This document shows, one piece after another, positions 14,168 to 21,959 of a stretch of DNA of 62,813 nt. The DNA is from a virus, in the IMG/VR virus record IMGVR_UViG_3300030118_004366, positions 1 to 62,813 of that record; one strand, given 5' to 3'. The position numbers and the translations under genes were made by a program. A model generated the notes under the pieces. The model had not been told where the DNA came from, searched no databases, and was given only the letters and a program-made list of their open reading frames with translations. How positions within the stretch are numbered: the stretch's first letter is position 1; every line of letters begins with the position of its first letter.

Positions 14168-14390
14168 TATAAGAAAACATTTTGGTGTGAAGCAAAGAAA
14201 AGGTATTGATGGTTATCCATTAAAACCAATTTCAAAAGATTTATCAATTAGTTTGATAGCTGAATACAAACAAAAAATATTTTTAGAAGAACTATTTAAA
14301 AAAAATACAATCCAATTCAATAGTTATTTTAAAGATAGTCGTAGAATTGAGAAAGGAAAAAGATTTAAATTAATAGAAACTAAAATATAA
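14148..14390 (+). CDS. Hypothetical basic protein
   Basis: 80-aa ORF overlapping the groEL 3' end by 20 nt. Confidence 0.4.
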   Translation: MPESKSDIRKHFGVKQRKGIDGYPLKPISKDLSISLIAEYKQKIFLEELFKKNTIQFNSYFKDSRRIEKGKRFKLIETKI

Positions 14391-14394
14391 TATT

Positions 14395-14526
14395 ATGCCA
14401 ATACACAATTATCTATTTGAAATTGCAAGAGCAGAAAGAAAAAAAGAAGAAGAAGCGATAAAATATTTGCAAAGCAGAGGCTATGTGATTTCAAGTAAGA
14501 AAAAAACTTATGCAAGCAGTAAATAA
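14395..14526 (+). CDS. Possible 43-aa peptide (not in ORF track)
   Basis: Hand translation: MPIHNYLFEIARAERKKEEEAIKYLQSRGYVISSKKKTYASSK. It overlaps the groES start. Confidence 0.3.
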   Translation: MPIHNYLFEIARAERKKEEEAIKYLQSRGYVISSKKKTYASSK

Positions 14527-14767
14527 GTATATAGTTATAAAAAAAATAAACGAAGAGTACAAAACAAAATCTGGACTCTTATTGTCTAATGAAGATATGT
14601 CTTCACTTAGATATCACAAAGCATTAGTTGTAAATCCTGGAACCAATGTTGAAACAGTTAAGAAGAATGATGTAATATTATTTGATAAAGCTGCAGGACA
14701 CTCTATGGTTATTGATGACAACACATATACAGTGATTGAAGAAAGAGATGTGGTAGTAGTACTATAA
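14510..14767 (+). CDS. groES: Co-chaperonin GroES (Cpn10)-like
   Basis: 85 aa. ..YIVIKK....KTKSGLLL......ALVVNPG....VKKNDVILFDK..G......Y.VIEERDVVVVL follows the Cpn10 pattern. Confidence 0.8.
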   Translation: MQAVNKYIVIKKINEEYKTKSGLLLSNEDMSSLRYHKALVVNPGTNVETVKKNDVILFDKAAGHSMVIDDNTYTVIEERDVVVVL

Positions 14768-15211
14768 TCTATTTTCTTGGTTTATTTTTTTCATGTAATT
14801 TCTGTACACCTTATCTCTATACTTAACATCATGTTTAAACACTGGGTTGTTTACTGAGTTCTCGGGAATATCTTCACCATTTAACTTAGCATAAACATTA
14901 CTTATCATTCTTTTGGCCTGAAACGTAAGTTCATACAATGCAGCTTCATTTCCTTTTTTAGGTCTCCACTTATGTATCCAACCTTTTTTAATTAAATCAT
15001 AAAATCTATTTGTATTCCAAGACATCAACTCATTGTATTCTTCAAACTTAGTTTTGGTAAATAGATGTTCGCTGTATAAAAATAACATCAGTTCTAAATC
15101 ACCCGTTGTTATATTATATTTGCGTTTTGCCCAATACTTAATTACTTTCCAATATTTTAAATAATCATGTTCAGGCTGCTTACGTGTAGTGTTTCGTATG
15201 ATGATAGGCAT
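14762..15211 (-). CDS. Hypothetical basic protein, possibly a winged-helix DNA binder; lone leftward gene inside the rightward arm
   Basis: 149-aa ORF with its own -7 box at 15246..15253. Its stop abuts the groES stop. It contains a GTTTAAAC copy at 14833. Confidence 0.6.
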   Translation of the reverse strand: MPIIIRNTTRKQPEHDYLKYWKVIKYWAKRKYNITTGDLELMLFLYSEHLFTKTKFEEYNELMSWNTNRFYDLIKKGWIHKWRPKKGNEAALYELTFQAKRMISNVYAKLNGEDIPENSVNNPVFKHDVKYRDKVYRNYMKKINQENRL

Positions 15212-15234
15212 AAATTATATTAGATTAAATTATT

Positions 15235-15253
15235 TATCTTTGTTACAAAGATA
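15235..15253. promoter_or_regulatory. 19-bp palindrome TATCTTTGTTACAAAGATA holding two back-to-back divergent -7 boxes
   Basis: TATCTTTG lies on the plus strand (15235..15242) facing 15266, and TATCTTTG on the minus strand (15246..15253) facing 15211. Confidence 0.55.
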
Positions 15254-15265
15254 TAATAAAATCAA

Positions 15266-15403
15266 ATGGCTCGTAAAAATGTAAGTACGTATGTATTTCG
15301 TTCTCGAAAAAAAAGACCTGGGGTACATTCAAAAAACAGACATACGAACCAAAAGAGCGGAAAGTATTATACAGGAACTAAATATAAAGGCCAAGGAAGA
15401 TGA
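15266..15403 (+). CDS. 45-aa highly basic peptide (not in ORF track)
   Basis: Hand translation: MARKNVSTYVFRSRKKRPGVHSKNRHTNQKSGKYYTGTKYKGQGR. Confidence 0.45.
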   Translation: MARKNVSTYVFRSRKKRPGVHSKNRHTNQKSGKYYTGTKYKGQGR

Positions 15404-15570
15404 GTAAACTATCATTAAGAAAACCAAAGAAGGGAAGTAAAATTTGTCCAGCAGGAATAGCTTGGGCTAAAAGAACTTTTGATACTTATCCAGGAGCTTA
15501 TGCAAATATGGCTGCAAGTAAGTATTGTAAAGACCCAAACTATGCTAAAAAGGCAAAAGGGAAAAAATAA
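15400..15570 (+). CDS. 56-aa basic protein with two-Cys motif (not in ORF track)
   Basis: Hand translation: MSKLSLRKPKKGSKICPAGIAWAKRTFDTYPGAYANMAASKYCKDPNYAKKAKGKK. It has an ATGA overlap with the previous ORF. Confidence 0.5.
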   Translation: MSKLSLRKPKKGSKICPAGIAWAKRTFDTYPGAYANMAASKYCKDPNYAKKAKGKK

Positions 15571-15594
15571 TTGTAAATATTAAAATTAAAAATC

Positions 15595-15888
15595 ATGATG
15601 AAAAAACCTATGCTTAATGCCATACAGAAAGTTAAAATGTCCATGGCAATGAAATCAAAAAATCCCAAGATGAATCCTGGGTTTGACTCTTTACCAAAAG
15701 AAGTTCAAAGTAAAATTATGAAAAAGAAAGCAAAGCTTTCTATGAAAAAGAAACCTAAGATGGCTATGAAAAAGCCAAAGGTAGGTATGAAAAAAGTTCC
15801 TAAAGGAGACATGACAATGCCAAAGATGGCTATGAAAAAACCTGCTTTGATGGGAAAGAAACCTAAAATGGCAATGAAAAAGAAATAA
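15595..15888 (+). CDS. Lys/Met-rich repeat protein (PKMAMKK repeats)
   Basis: 97 aa with 32 Lys and 19 Met by my count. The motif (K)PKMAMKK(K) recurs four times. Confidence 0.6.
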   Translation: MMKKPMLNAIQKVKMSMAMKSKNPKMNPGFDSLPKEVQSKIMKKKAKLSMKKKPKMAMKKPKVGMKKVPKGDMTMPKMAMKKPALMGKKPKMAMKKK

Positions 15889-16232
15889 TGCCTTTTAAAT
15901 TAAAAACATTAGGACAGGTATTAGATTTTAGTGACAAGTATTCGACAGGCGATTATATCGTAAAAGAAAAGAAACTTGGCAAATACACTTTGGGTGAAAT
16001 AAATCCAAACGGTGTGATTGACATTGAAAAAGATATGTCACCTGCTCTAAAAAGAAAAGCTGTAAAACATGAGGTAGACCATTTGTATCAAATGAAAAGA
16101 GGAGAGATGAGGTTTGACCATAATAATTATTATTATAAACCCACACCATATTCACCAATACAAGTTATACCTTCAAGTAAAATAGACCCTCACGATAGAA
16201 GTCTACCGTGGGAACAAGATGCACATAAATAA
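15888..16232 (+). CDS. Hypothetical protein with HExxH motif
   Basis: 114 aa containing ..AVKHEVDHLYQM.. Its start overlaps the previous stop. Confidence 0.55.
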   Translation: MPFKLKTLGQVLDFSDKYSTGDYIVKEKKLGKYTLGEINPNGVIDIEKDMSPALKRKAVKHEVDHLYQMKRGEMRFDHNNYYYKPTPYSPIQVIPSSKIDPHDRSLPWEQDAHK

Positions 16233-16474
16233 TGGGTGAATTAAAAAAATGGAGAGAGCAAAACTGGGTACGCATAGGTCGTGATGGAAAAATCAAAGGA
16301 CCCTGTGGAACTTCCAAGAATAAAAAAAATCCAGATAGATGTTTGCCGATGTCTAAAGCAAGGTCTTTATCAAAAAGACAATTAGCTAAAACAGCTCGAA
16401 AGAAAAAAGCTGCTGGTAGAAAAGGAAAACAAGTTGTTCCAAACACCCCAGCTGCAAAAGTAAGAAACTCATAA
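16232..16474 (+). CDS. Small basic protein (..GPCGTSKNKKNPDRCLP.. motif)
   Basis: 80 aa. It resembles small basic proteins I recall from marine phages and giant viruses. That recollection is not verifiable here. Confidence 0.55.
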   Translation: MGELKKWREQNWVRIGRDGKIKGPCGTSKNKKNPDRCLPMSKARSLSKRQLAKTARKKKAAGRKGKQVVPNTPAAKVRNS

Positions 16475-16755
16475 TGGCAAAGAATATAGCAAAAACTACA
16501 GGTAAGGGAGGAAACTTTCGTAAAGCATCAGCTGGTGCGGGCATGACTGAAAAAGGTGTTGCTGCATATCGTAGAGCTAACCCTGGTTCCAAATTAAAAA
16601 CTGCCGTTACAGAAAAAAAGCCCAGTAAGATGAGGGCTAAAAGAAGAAAGTCTTATTGTTCAAGGTCACTTGGTCAAATGAAAATGCACAACATTAATTG
16701 TTCTAAAACTCCAGAAAAGAGAATATGTGCAGCAAGACGTCGCTGGAGATGTTAA
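16474..16755 (+). CDS. Small basic Cys-containing protein
   Basis: 93 aa ending ..KRRKSYCSRSLGQMKMHNINCSKTPEKRICAARRRWRC. Confidence 0.55.
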   Translation: MAKNIAKTTGKGGNFRKASAGAGMTEKGVAAYRRANPGSKLKTAVTEKKPSKMRAKRRKSYCSRSLGQMKMHNINCSKTPEKRICAARRRWRC

Positions 16756-16768
16756 AAAAATATATTAT

Positions 16769-16776
16769 TATATTTG
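16769..16776 (+). promoter_or_regulatory. -7 box TATATTTG
   Basis: The context ttattatatttg lies 29 nt upstream of the ATG at 16805. Confidence 0.5.
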
Positions 16777-16804
16777 TATTTATATTAATTTAAAAAAAAA
16801 AGTT

Positions 16805-17014
16805 ATGGCACAAGGTTATAATGCAAGACTCGATGAGTCGTTAGGTGCAAAGCACGGAAAAAAATCTCAGTCTTTTAAAGACAGAAGAGATGAATCAAAA
16901 GCTATGTCTAAGAAAATGTATGGACATGCTTATGGTGGAGACCATTCTATGAAATATGAGAAACATTATCCTAAAAGTGTAAAAGGACATTTAGGTAAGT
17001 TAATCAGCAAATAG
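16805..17014 (+). CDS. 69-aa basic protein (MAQGYNARLDESLG..)
   Basis: An in-frame ATG downstream of the promoter box. The ORF-track start at 16727 would overlap the previous gene. Confidence 0.55.
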   Translation: MAQGYNARLDESLGAKHGKKSQSFKDRRDESKAMSKKMYGHAYGGDHSMKYEKHYPKSVKGHLGKLISK

Positions 17015-17015
17015 T

Positions 17016-17195
17016 ATGGCTTTTCCACAAATAAAAAAACAAAATCGTGGAAAGTTCACAAAGTGGGCTAAAAGAAACGGTTTCAAAGATGCGTGTAGTG
17101 CAGCATCAGCAGTAATGAAGAGTACAAAAAAATATTCTAAAGAAGTTGTTGAAATGGCTAACTACGCAAATAACTTTGGTTGTAAAAGAAAATAA
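17016..17195 (+). CDS. 59-aa basic protein (not in ORF track)
   Basis: Hand translation: MAFPQIKKQNRGKFTKWAKRNGFKDACSAASAVMKSTKKYSKEVVEMANYANNFGCKRK. Confidence 0.5.
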   Translation: MAFPQIKKQNRGKFTKWAKRNGFKDACSAASAVMKSTKKYSKEVVEMANYANNFGCKRK

Positions 17196-17205
17196 AATTA
17201 AATCT

Positions 17206-17382
17206 ATGGCGAAAGCAAAAAAGAAAGCTGCACCAAAAAAAAGTGTAGCTAAAAAAGAAGTAAAAACTAAAGTAGAAGGTAAACCTGCTGAAGTAAAAGC
17301 TGTAAGCACACATTGCGATGTTCCTTACATACCAAGAAGAATAGATAGGTTACCTCCAGACTTAAATAAATTAAAAAAGTAA
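17206..17382 (+). CDS. 58-aa histone-H1-like Lys/Ala-rich protein
   Basis: MAKAKKKAAPKKSVAKKEVKTKVEGKPAEVK.. This is the internal start of ORF-track entry 17146..17382. Confidence 0.5.
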   Translation: MAKAKKKAAPKKSVAKKEVKTKVEGKPAEVKAVSTHCDVPYIPRRIDRLPPDLNKLKK

Positions 17383-17523
17383 ATGGGAAAATTATTAGTA
17401 AAATTTGGATACTGGATACAGAAAGCTTGGTGCAAATTATTATGTAAGTGGAACTGGCTGGTATCAAAATTAGTAGTAAACGTAAACGACTGCCCAGTGG
17501 CAGAATGTGTTTGTAAAAAATAA
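17383..17523 (+). CDS. 46-aa Trp/Cys-rich hydrophobic peptide (not in ORF track)
   Basis: Hand translation: MGKLLVKFGYWIQKAWCKLLCKWNWLVSKLVVNVNDCPVAECVCKK. Confidence 0.35.
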   Translation: MGKLLVKFGYWIQKAWCKLLCKWNWLVSKLVVNVNDCPVAECVCKK

Positions 17524-17527
17524 AAAA

Positions 17528-17698
17528 ATGAAATTAAATGAAAAATCCCGAGGTTTGGGAGATACTATAGAAAAATTTACCACGGCTACTGGTATTAAAA
17601 ATGTAGTCACTAAGGTCACAAAAGCAGTTGGAGCAGAAGATTGCGGGTGTGGTCAAAGGAGAGACACTTTAAATCGTGTGTTTCCTTACAAAAAGTAA
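17528..17698 (+). CDS. 56-aa protein (..GLGDTIEKFTTATGIK....DCGCGQRRDTLN..)
   Basis: Internal start (MKLNEK) of ORF-track entry 17507..17698. I recall the motif from small proteins of marine phages, from memory only. Confidence 0.5.
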   Translation: MKLNEKSRGLGDTIEKFTTATGIKNVVTKVTKAVGAEDCGCGQRRDTLNRVFPYKK

Positions 17699-17728
17699 AG
17701 AGATTTTTAACCCTCTAAAATAAAAAAA

Positions 17729-18286
17729 ATGGCATATCCTAAAATAACCGTAAACACTGGCTTAGCACTTCAAGTTATAGCCGCAGATTCAATACCAATT
17801 CCATATCCTGGCTGCCCCCAACTAACTGGAAATAATACAGCAAATACTACCGACAAACTTGTCGATGTAGGTGCTGACTTTTCTAACGTTGTTGTTGGTG
17901 ATATTGTATATAATACAGCTACAGGAACTATTGCAACAGTAACTGCGATTGATAGTTCTACTATATTAACTCTAAGTGCTGATATTTTTCAAAACTCTCC
18001 TAACGATACTTATATAGTATTTCAAGGTGGGCCAATATTTGAACAAAGAATAGAATCATCTTCAGGATGCTTACTATACATTGGGTCCACTGCTACCATA
18101 TCTGGAGCTGGAGATGAGTATGTAGATGTGTGTGTAGATACTGTTACTGGTTCAGTACAATCTCCTAACACTGTAATATTCAAAAACTTTAAAGTAGGAA
18201 ACTACCTACCTGTTCAAGTAAAAAAATTACGAGTAGCTGGAAGTAGTGCATCGATTAGAAATCAAGCATGTATAGCTATTTGGTAA
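17729..18286 (+). CDS. Hypothetical (probably structural) protein
   Basis: 185-aa ORF in the late operon. Confidence 0.6.
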   Translation: MAYPKITVNTGLALQVIAADSIPIPYPGCPQLTGNNTANTTDKLVDVGADFSNVVVGDIVYNTATGTIATVTAIDSSTILTLSADIFQNSPNDTYIVFQGGPIFEQRIESSSGCLLYIGSTATISGAGDEYVDVCVDTVTGSVQSPNTVIFKNFKVGNYLPVQVKKLRVAGSSASIRNQACIAIW

Positions 18287-18287
18287 A

Positions 18288-19157
18288 ATGAAAAACAAAT
18301 TAAAAGCAATATCAGCTGAACTAAAAAAAGCATCGAAGACACATGCTGGACAAGCGGCTAAAATTGATAAAATAATAAAACCTAAAATGAGTAAACTACA
18401 TAAAAGCACAAGAAGAAGCATGAGACCAAAGATGTCTATGAAACCAATGCTCTCAATGAAAAAACCTAAAAAAGGTGATGGAAAATTTGGTAAAGTAGCT
18501 GGAAAGGTAGGAGGTGCATTAGGCCTTGTTGGGCAAGCATTAGGAGTGGTAAATCAAATAAAAGAATTAAAAAAGAAGACACCATCAAGTAAAGCTCCAG
18601 ATAAAACTAAAGTTGCTGGTAGAGTTCAAAAACCTTATTTGTCTAAAAAGAAACCTAAAAAATCTGACAAACCTGATATTGATAAAAAATTAATAAAAGA
18701 AGCAGAAAAGAATTTCAAAATAAGAACACCTAAAACTCAAGGTGATAGTATTTATCTTACAAGAACCATGAAAAAAATGGGACAAGTGCCAGGAAGAGAA
18801 TCATCTGCAAAACTGGACTTTTATGAAAAGTATGGTAAAAAAGGTGGCATGAAAAGTAAAGCTGAATTAATAAAAGCCAACAAAGAAAAATTGGCTAAAA
18901 AAAGAGCAGCTACACTTGCTAAAAGAACAAAACCTAAATTATCAAAAAAGAAAAAAGAAATAGCTAAATATAATGTTAGCGGTTTTGTTTCCAAACATAC
19001 AGGATTAAAACCAGGACGTTATGAAAAAGCAGTAATTATGAATGGTGTAAGAAACGCAGCACCATCACGTAGAAAACAAGTTTTAGAAAAATTAAAAACA
19101 AATGCTGGAACAGCAGCCATGTTTAAAAAACCTAAATTATCAAAAAAGAAAAAATAA
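18288..19157 (+). CDS. Large Lys-rich protein sharing KPKMSMK / KPKLSKKKK modules with 15595..15888
   Basis: 289 aa with ..RPKMSMKPMLSMKKPKKGDGKFGK.. and two KPKLSKKKK repeats. Confidence 0.65.
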   Translation: MKNKLKAISAELKKASKTHAGQAAKIDKIIKPKMSKLHKSTRRSMRPKMSMKPMLSMKKPKKGDGKFGKVAGKVGGALGLVGQALGVVNQIKELKKKTPSSKAPDKTKVAGRVQKPYLSKKKPKKSDKPDIDKKLIKEAEKNFKIRTPKTQGDSIYLTRTMKKMGQVPGRESSAKLDFYEKYGKKGGMKSKAELIKANKEKLAKKRAATLAKRTKPKLSKKKKEIAKYNVSGFVSKHTGLKPGRYEKAVIMNGVRNAAPSRRKQVLEKLKTNAGTAAMFKKPKLSKKKK

Positions 19158-19223
19158 AATGGAATATACTCAAACAAACACAGCGGGAAATAATATAACT
19201 TTTAATTATATATATGTAGAGAA

Positions 19224-19535
19224 ATGAGCCAAGACAAAAACTTATCGCCTGAAAGTAAATTTACTTTATCATTAAAAGAAATGGTAGCTATGGCCATAGG
19301 TTTCGCTTCACTCGTAGGCATGTACTATACTTTACAGGCTCAAATAACTACAGCAATGGAACTGCCTAAACCAGAGGTCAGTAAAATTGAATTTCAATAT
19401 AAGGACGAATTGGTGAGAAGCACCATAGATAATATTCAATCTGATGTGACAAACATCAAAGATGATGTAAATGAAATCAAAGAGTCTTTAGCTAAAATGG
19501 ATGAAAGGCTCTACGAAATAAGTAGAAAAAAATGA
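19224..19535 (+). CDS. Single-pass membrane protein with coiled-coil ectodomain (i-spanin-like or holin-like)
   Basis: 103 aa. One TM helix (MVAMAIGFASLVGMYYTL) is followed by a heptad-like charged region. Confidence 0.55.
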   Translation: MSQDKNLSPESKFTLSLKEMVAMAIGFASLVGMYYTLQAQITTAMELPKPEVSKIEFQYKDELVRSTIDNIQSDVTNIKDDVNEIKESLAKMDERLYEISRKK

Positions 19536-19867
19536 GACTATGTATAGTATTAATGTTATTTCCTATGTTGATTTTTTCTCAAGACTTCAAAGAGGAAATA
19601 TCAGTAGTACAATTTAGTGCTCCATTTACTGAAGGTTCAGAGATTTCGCTGAAGCCGTTTAAACAACACAACACTTATACATTTAAGATAACAGAAAAGA
19701 AAAAAGTATTTGATAATGAAAAAATCAAATACCTTCCTACTATAATTCTTTATCACAATGGTGATGAAGTAATTAGAGTGGAGAGTGGTATCTCTTTAAA
19801 ATTACCAGAAAATACAATCGAATTAATTGAAGAAAAAATTGAAGAAATCATTGAAAGTAAATTTTAG
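19532..19867 (+). CDS. Secreted thioredoxin-fold-like protein lacking the CxxC site
   Basis: 111 aa with signal peptide MRLCIVLMLFPMLIFSQ. ..KYLPTIILYHNGDEVIRVESG.. parallels thioredoxin ..IPTLLLFKNGEV..VG. The active-site position reads SAPFTE. Confidence 0.45.
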   Translation: MRLCIVLMLFPMLIFSQDFKEEISVVQFSAPFTEGSEISLKPFKQHNTYTFKITEKKKVFDNEKIKYLPTIILYHNGDEVIRVESGISLKLPENTIELIEEKIEEIIESKF

Positions 19868-19869
19868 AT

Positions 19870-21099
19870 ATGAAACAATTAATAACATTAATATTTATAA
19901 TATTAAGTCTTAACGTATCAGCACAAGTAATTAATGCAGATAAAAAGATTGAAAACAAAATAGTAAAGAAGTATAAAGCAAAAAATTTTTTTGATAATTT
20001 ATACAAAGATATTTTTAAATATGCTACAGTATATGTAGCGGGTGACATAGGTAATGCTTATGAAACTCAATATCCTGATTATTTTATAAGAACAAATCCT
20101 GATGATTTATATGCTATACCAAGAGTAGAAGACCAAACTATTTATCATCCTTTTGATTATAGAGTTGGGTTTGGTGTGCGTAAACTTGCAAGATTTGATT
20201 ACGAGGTAAAAGGGAGAAACTATTATGATGGAACAGAAAATAACAAAGCTTTGTCGGCACCAACAGCTGCGGTTCAAGGTTTTGAATACTTGTTTCATTG
20301 GGAAAGAGAAAGACAAAGGTCTGATGTTTTTACAAATTCAAGATATTTTTTAAGACATACAGGAGATTATCATATAGTTAAAGTTGAGCAAAGAGAAGTA
20401 GGTAATGTAGATTTGAAATATCAAAGTGCAGAAGTGAGAGCTCGATTACCGATTGGTAAAAAATTTAGTATTAGTGCGGGTGTTATAGCAAGAACTCATC
20501 AAAAAGCTTTTGGATATAACCCAATAGAACTATGGCTAAATGAAATAGATGAAAATGGAAATCCAGCAAACTATTGGTACACGTTAGGATTTGAATATGG
20601 CTATGATGACTGGTACTATTCTTCAACTGATGAAAGCGGGAATTCATTTTATGATTGGTATTGGACAAATCCGCAAGGCGATATAGTAGCCTGGACGGAT
20701 AGACAGTTTCGTGACTTAATATTTGGTCAACTTATGAATGATTATAATCAAGCAAGATGGGCAGAGCTTGACGCATTTGCGGAGTATGCACCTATCGTGG
20801 GATTTGATTTCTATCATTACAAGTCGAAGTTTTGGGTACACACTTATGCTAACTGGATTTTACCGTATCATAAATATTTTAAGGGTAATGTCGACTTCAG
20901 CTACTTACATCGCGATAGTTGGGGGCTCGGGGGCCACAACAATTTACTGAAAGGTAAACAGTGGAGTGATTATCAAGGCGGGTTGATAGTCGGTTGGAAG
21001 ATTACAAAAACGCTTGGAATTTTTATGGAAGCTGAATATGCTAAGTTTTGGGACTCTGAAATATATAATAGTAGTGTAGGTCTGAATGTTAGGTTATGA
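19870..21099 (+). CDS. Secreted, aromatic-rich, probable outer-membrane beta-barrel protein
   Basis: 409 aa with signal peptide MKQLITLIFIILSLNVSAQ. It is rich in alternating aromatic and Gly-rich segments, and its ATGA overlaps the endolysin gene. Confidence 0.5.
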   Translation: MKQLITLIFIILSLNVSAQVINADKKIENKIVKKYKAKNFFDNLYKDIFKYATVYVAGDIGNAYETQYPDYFIRTNPDDLYAIPRVEDQTIYHPFDYRVGFGVRKLARFDYEVKGRNYYDGTENNKALSAPTAAVQGFEYLFHWERERQRSDVFTNSRYFLRHTGDYHIVKVEQREVGNVDLKYQSAEVRARLPIGKKFSISAGVIARTHQKAFGYNPIELWLNEIDENGNPANYWYTLGFEYGYDDWYYSSTDESGNSFYDWYWTNPQGDIVAWTDRQFRDLIFGQLMNDYNQARWAELDAFAEYAPIVGFDFYHYKSKFWVHTYANWILPYHKYFKGNVDFSYLHRDSWGLGGHNNLLKGKQWSDYQGGLIVGWKITKTLGIFMEAEYAKFWDSEIYNSSVGLNVRL

Positions 21100-21557
21100 G
21101 TAACATAAGTAAAAATATTACATACAAAGAAGCTGTACACTCTAATACAGCAAAAAGATTTGGTATAGATAACGAGCCGAGTCATGAACAAATAGCTAAT
21201 ATGATGACTATTGCCGAAATGATATTTCAACCTTTGAGAAGTTATGTCGGAGGTCCTATAAAAATCACTTCTTTTTTTAGGTCACCAAAACTTAACAAAG
21301 CTATTGGTGGAAGCAAGACAAGTCAGCATTGTAAAGGTCAAGCAATGGATATTGATGATGTTTATGGACACAAGTCAAATGCAGAAATGTTTATGTATAT
21401 AAAAGAAAATTTAGATTTTGACCAATTAATTTGGGAGTTTGGAAATGATGAGAATCCATCCTGGATTCATGTCTCTTATGTTGATGCACAAGAAAATAGA
21501 AACAGATGTTTACAAGCATATAAAGAAAATGGTAAAACAAAATATAAAGTAATATGA
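21096..21557 (+). CDS. Endolysin, peptidase M15 (VanY / D-Ala-D-Ala carboxypeptidase-like)
   Basis: 153 aa with ..SFFRSPKLN...SQHCKGQAMDID....WIHVSY.. zinc-ligand pattern (H..D..H). Confidence 0.85.
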   Translation: MSNISKNITYKEAVHSNTAKRFGIDNEPSHEQIANMMTIAEMIFQPLRSYVGGPIKITSFFRSPKLNKAIGGSKTSQHCKGQAMDIDDVYGHKSNAEMFMYIKENLDFDQLIWEFGNDENPSWIHVSYVDAQENRNRCLQAYKENGKTKYKVI

Positions 21558-21955
21558 AAGATATATTAGCAAAAATATTTGGTGGAGCAGGTGCTTCAGT
21601 AGCAGAAAAAATATCGGGTATTATAGATAATCACACTTTTAGTAAAGAAGAAAAGGCGCGTTTTGAAAAAGAAATGACTGAAGTATTTATTAATGCCGAA
21701 GCAGCTCAACAAAAAAACGTTACAGAAAGATGGAAAGCCGATATGGCTTCAGATAATAAATTATCAAAATCCGTAAGACCTTTGTCTTTAATTTTTGTAT
21801 TGGTCAGTACGGTTGTGCTTATCTTTATTGACTCAGGATTTATTAACTTTGCAGTTGATGATAAATGGAAAGATTTGCTTCAGCTTCTTCTCATTACGAT
21901 TGTAGCAGCTTATTTCGGTGGAAGGTCCTACGAAAAGGGTAAATCAATAAAATAA
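21554..21955 (+). CDS. Holin-like membrane protein (GTA-type 3TM holin-like)
   Basis: 133 aa. A soluble N-terminal helix region is followed by ..VRPLSLIFVLVSTVVLIFI.. and further hydrophobic helices. It overlaps the endolysin stop. Confidence 0.5.
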   Translation: MKDILAKIFGGAGASVAEKISGIIDNHTFSKEEKARFEKEMTEVFINAEAAQQKNVTERWKADMASDNKLSKSVRPLSLIFVLVSTVVLIFIDSGFINFAVDDKWKDLLQLLLITIVAAYFGGRSYEKGKSIK

Positions 21956-21959
21956 ACAA

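Noticed and set aside
16165-16592. Minus-strand ORFs 16165..16446 and 16386..16592 inside the basic-protein block.
   Set aside because: They are antisense to tightly packed, start/stop-coupled plus-strand ORFs. Their Phe/Leu-rich products are the mirror of Lys/Glu-rich coding sequence.
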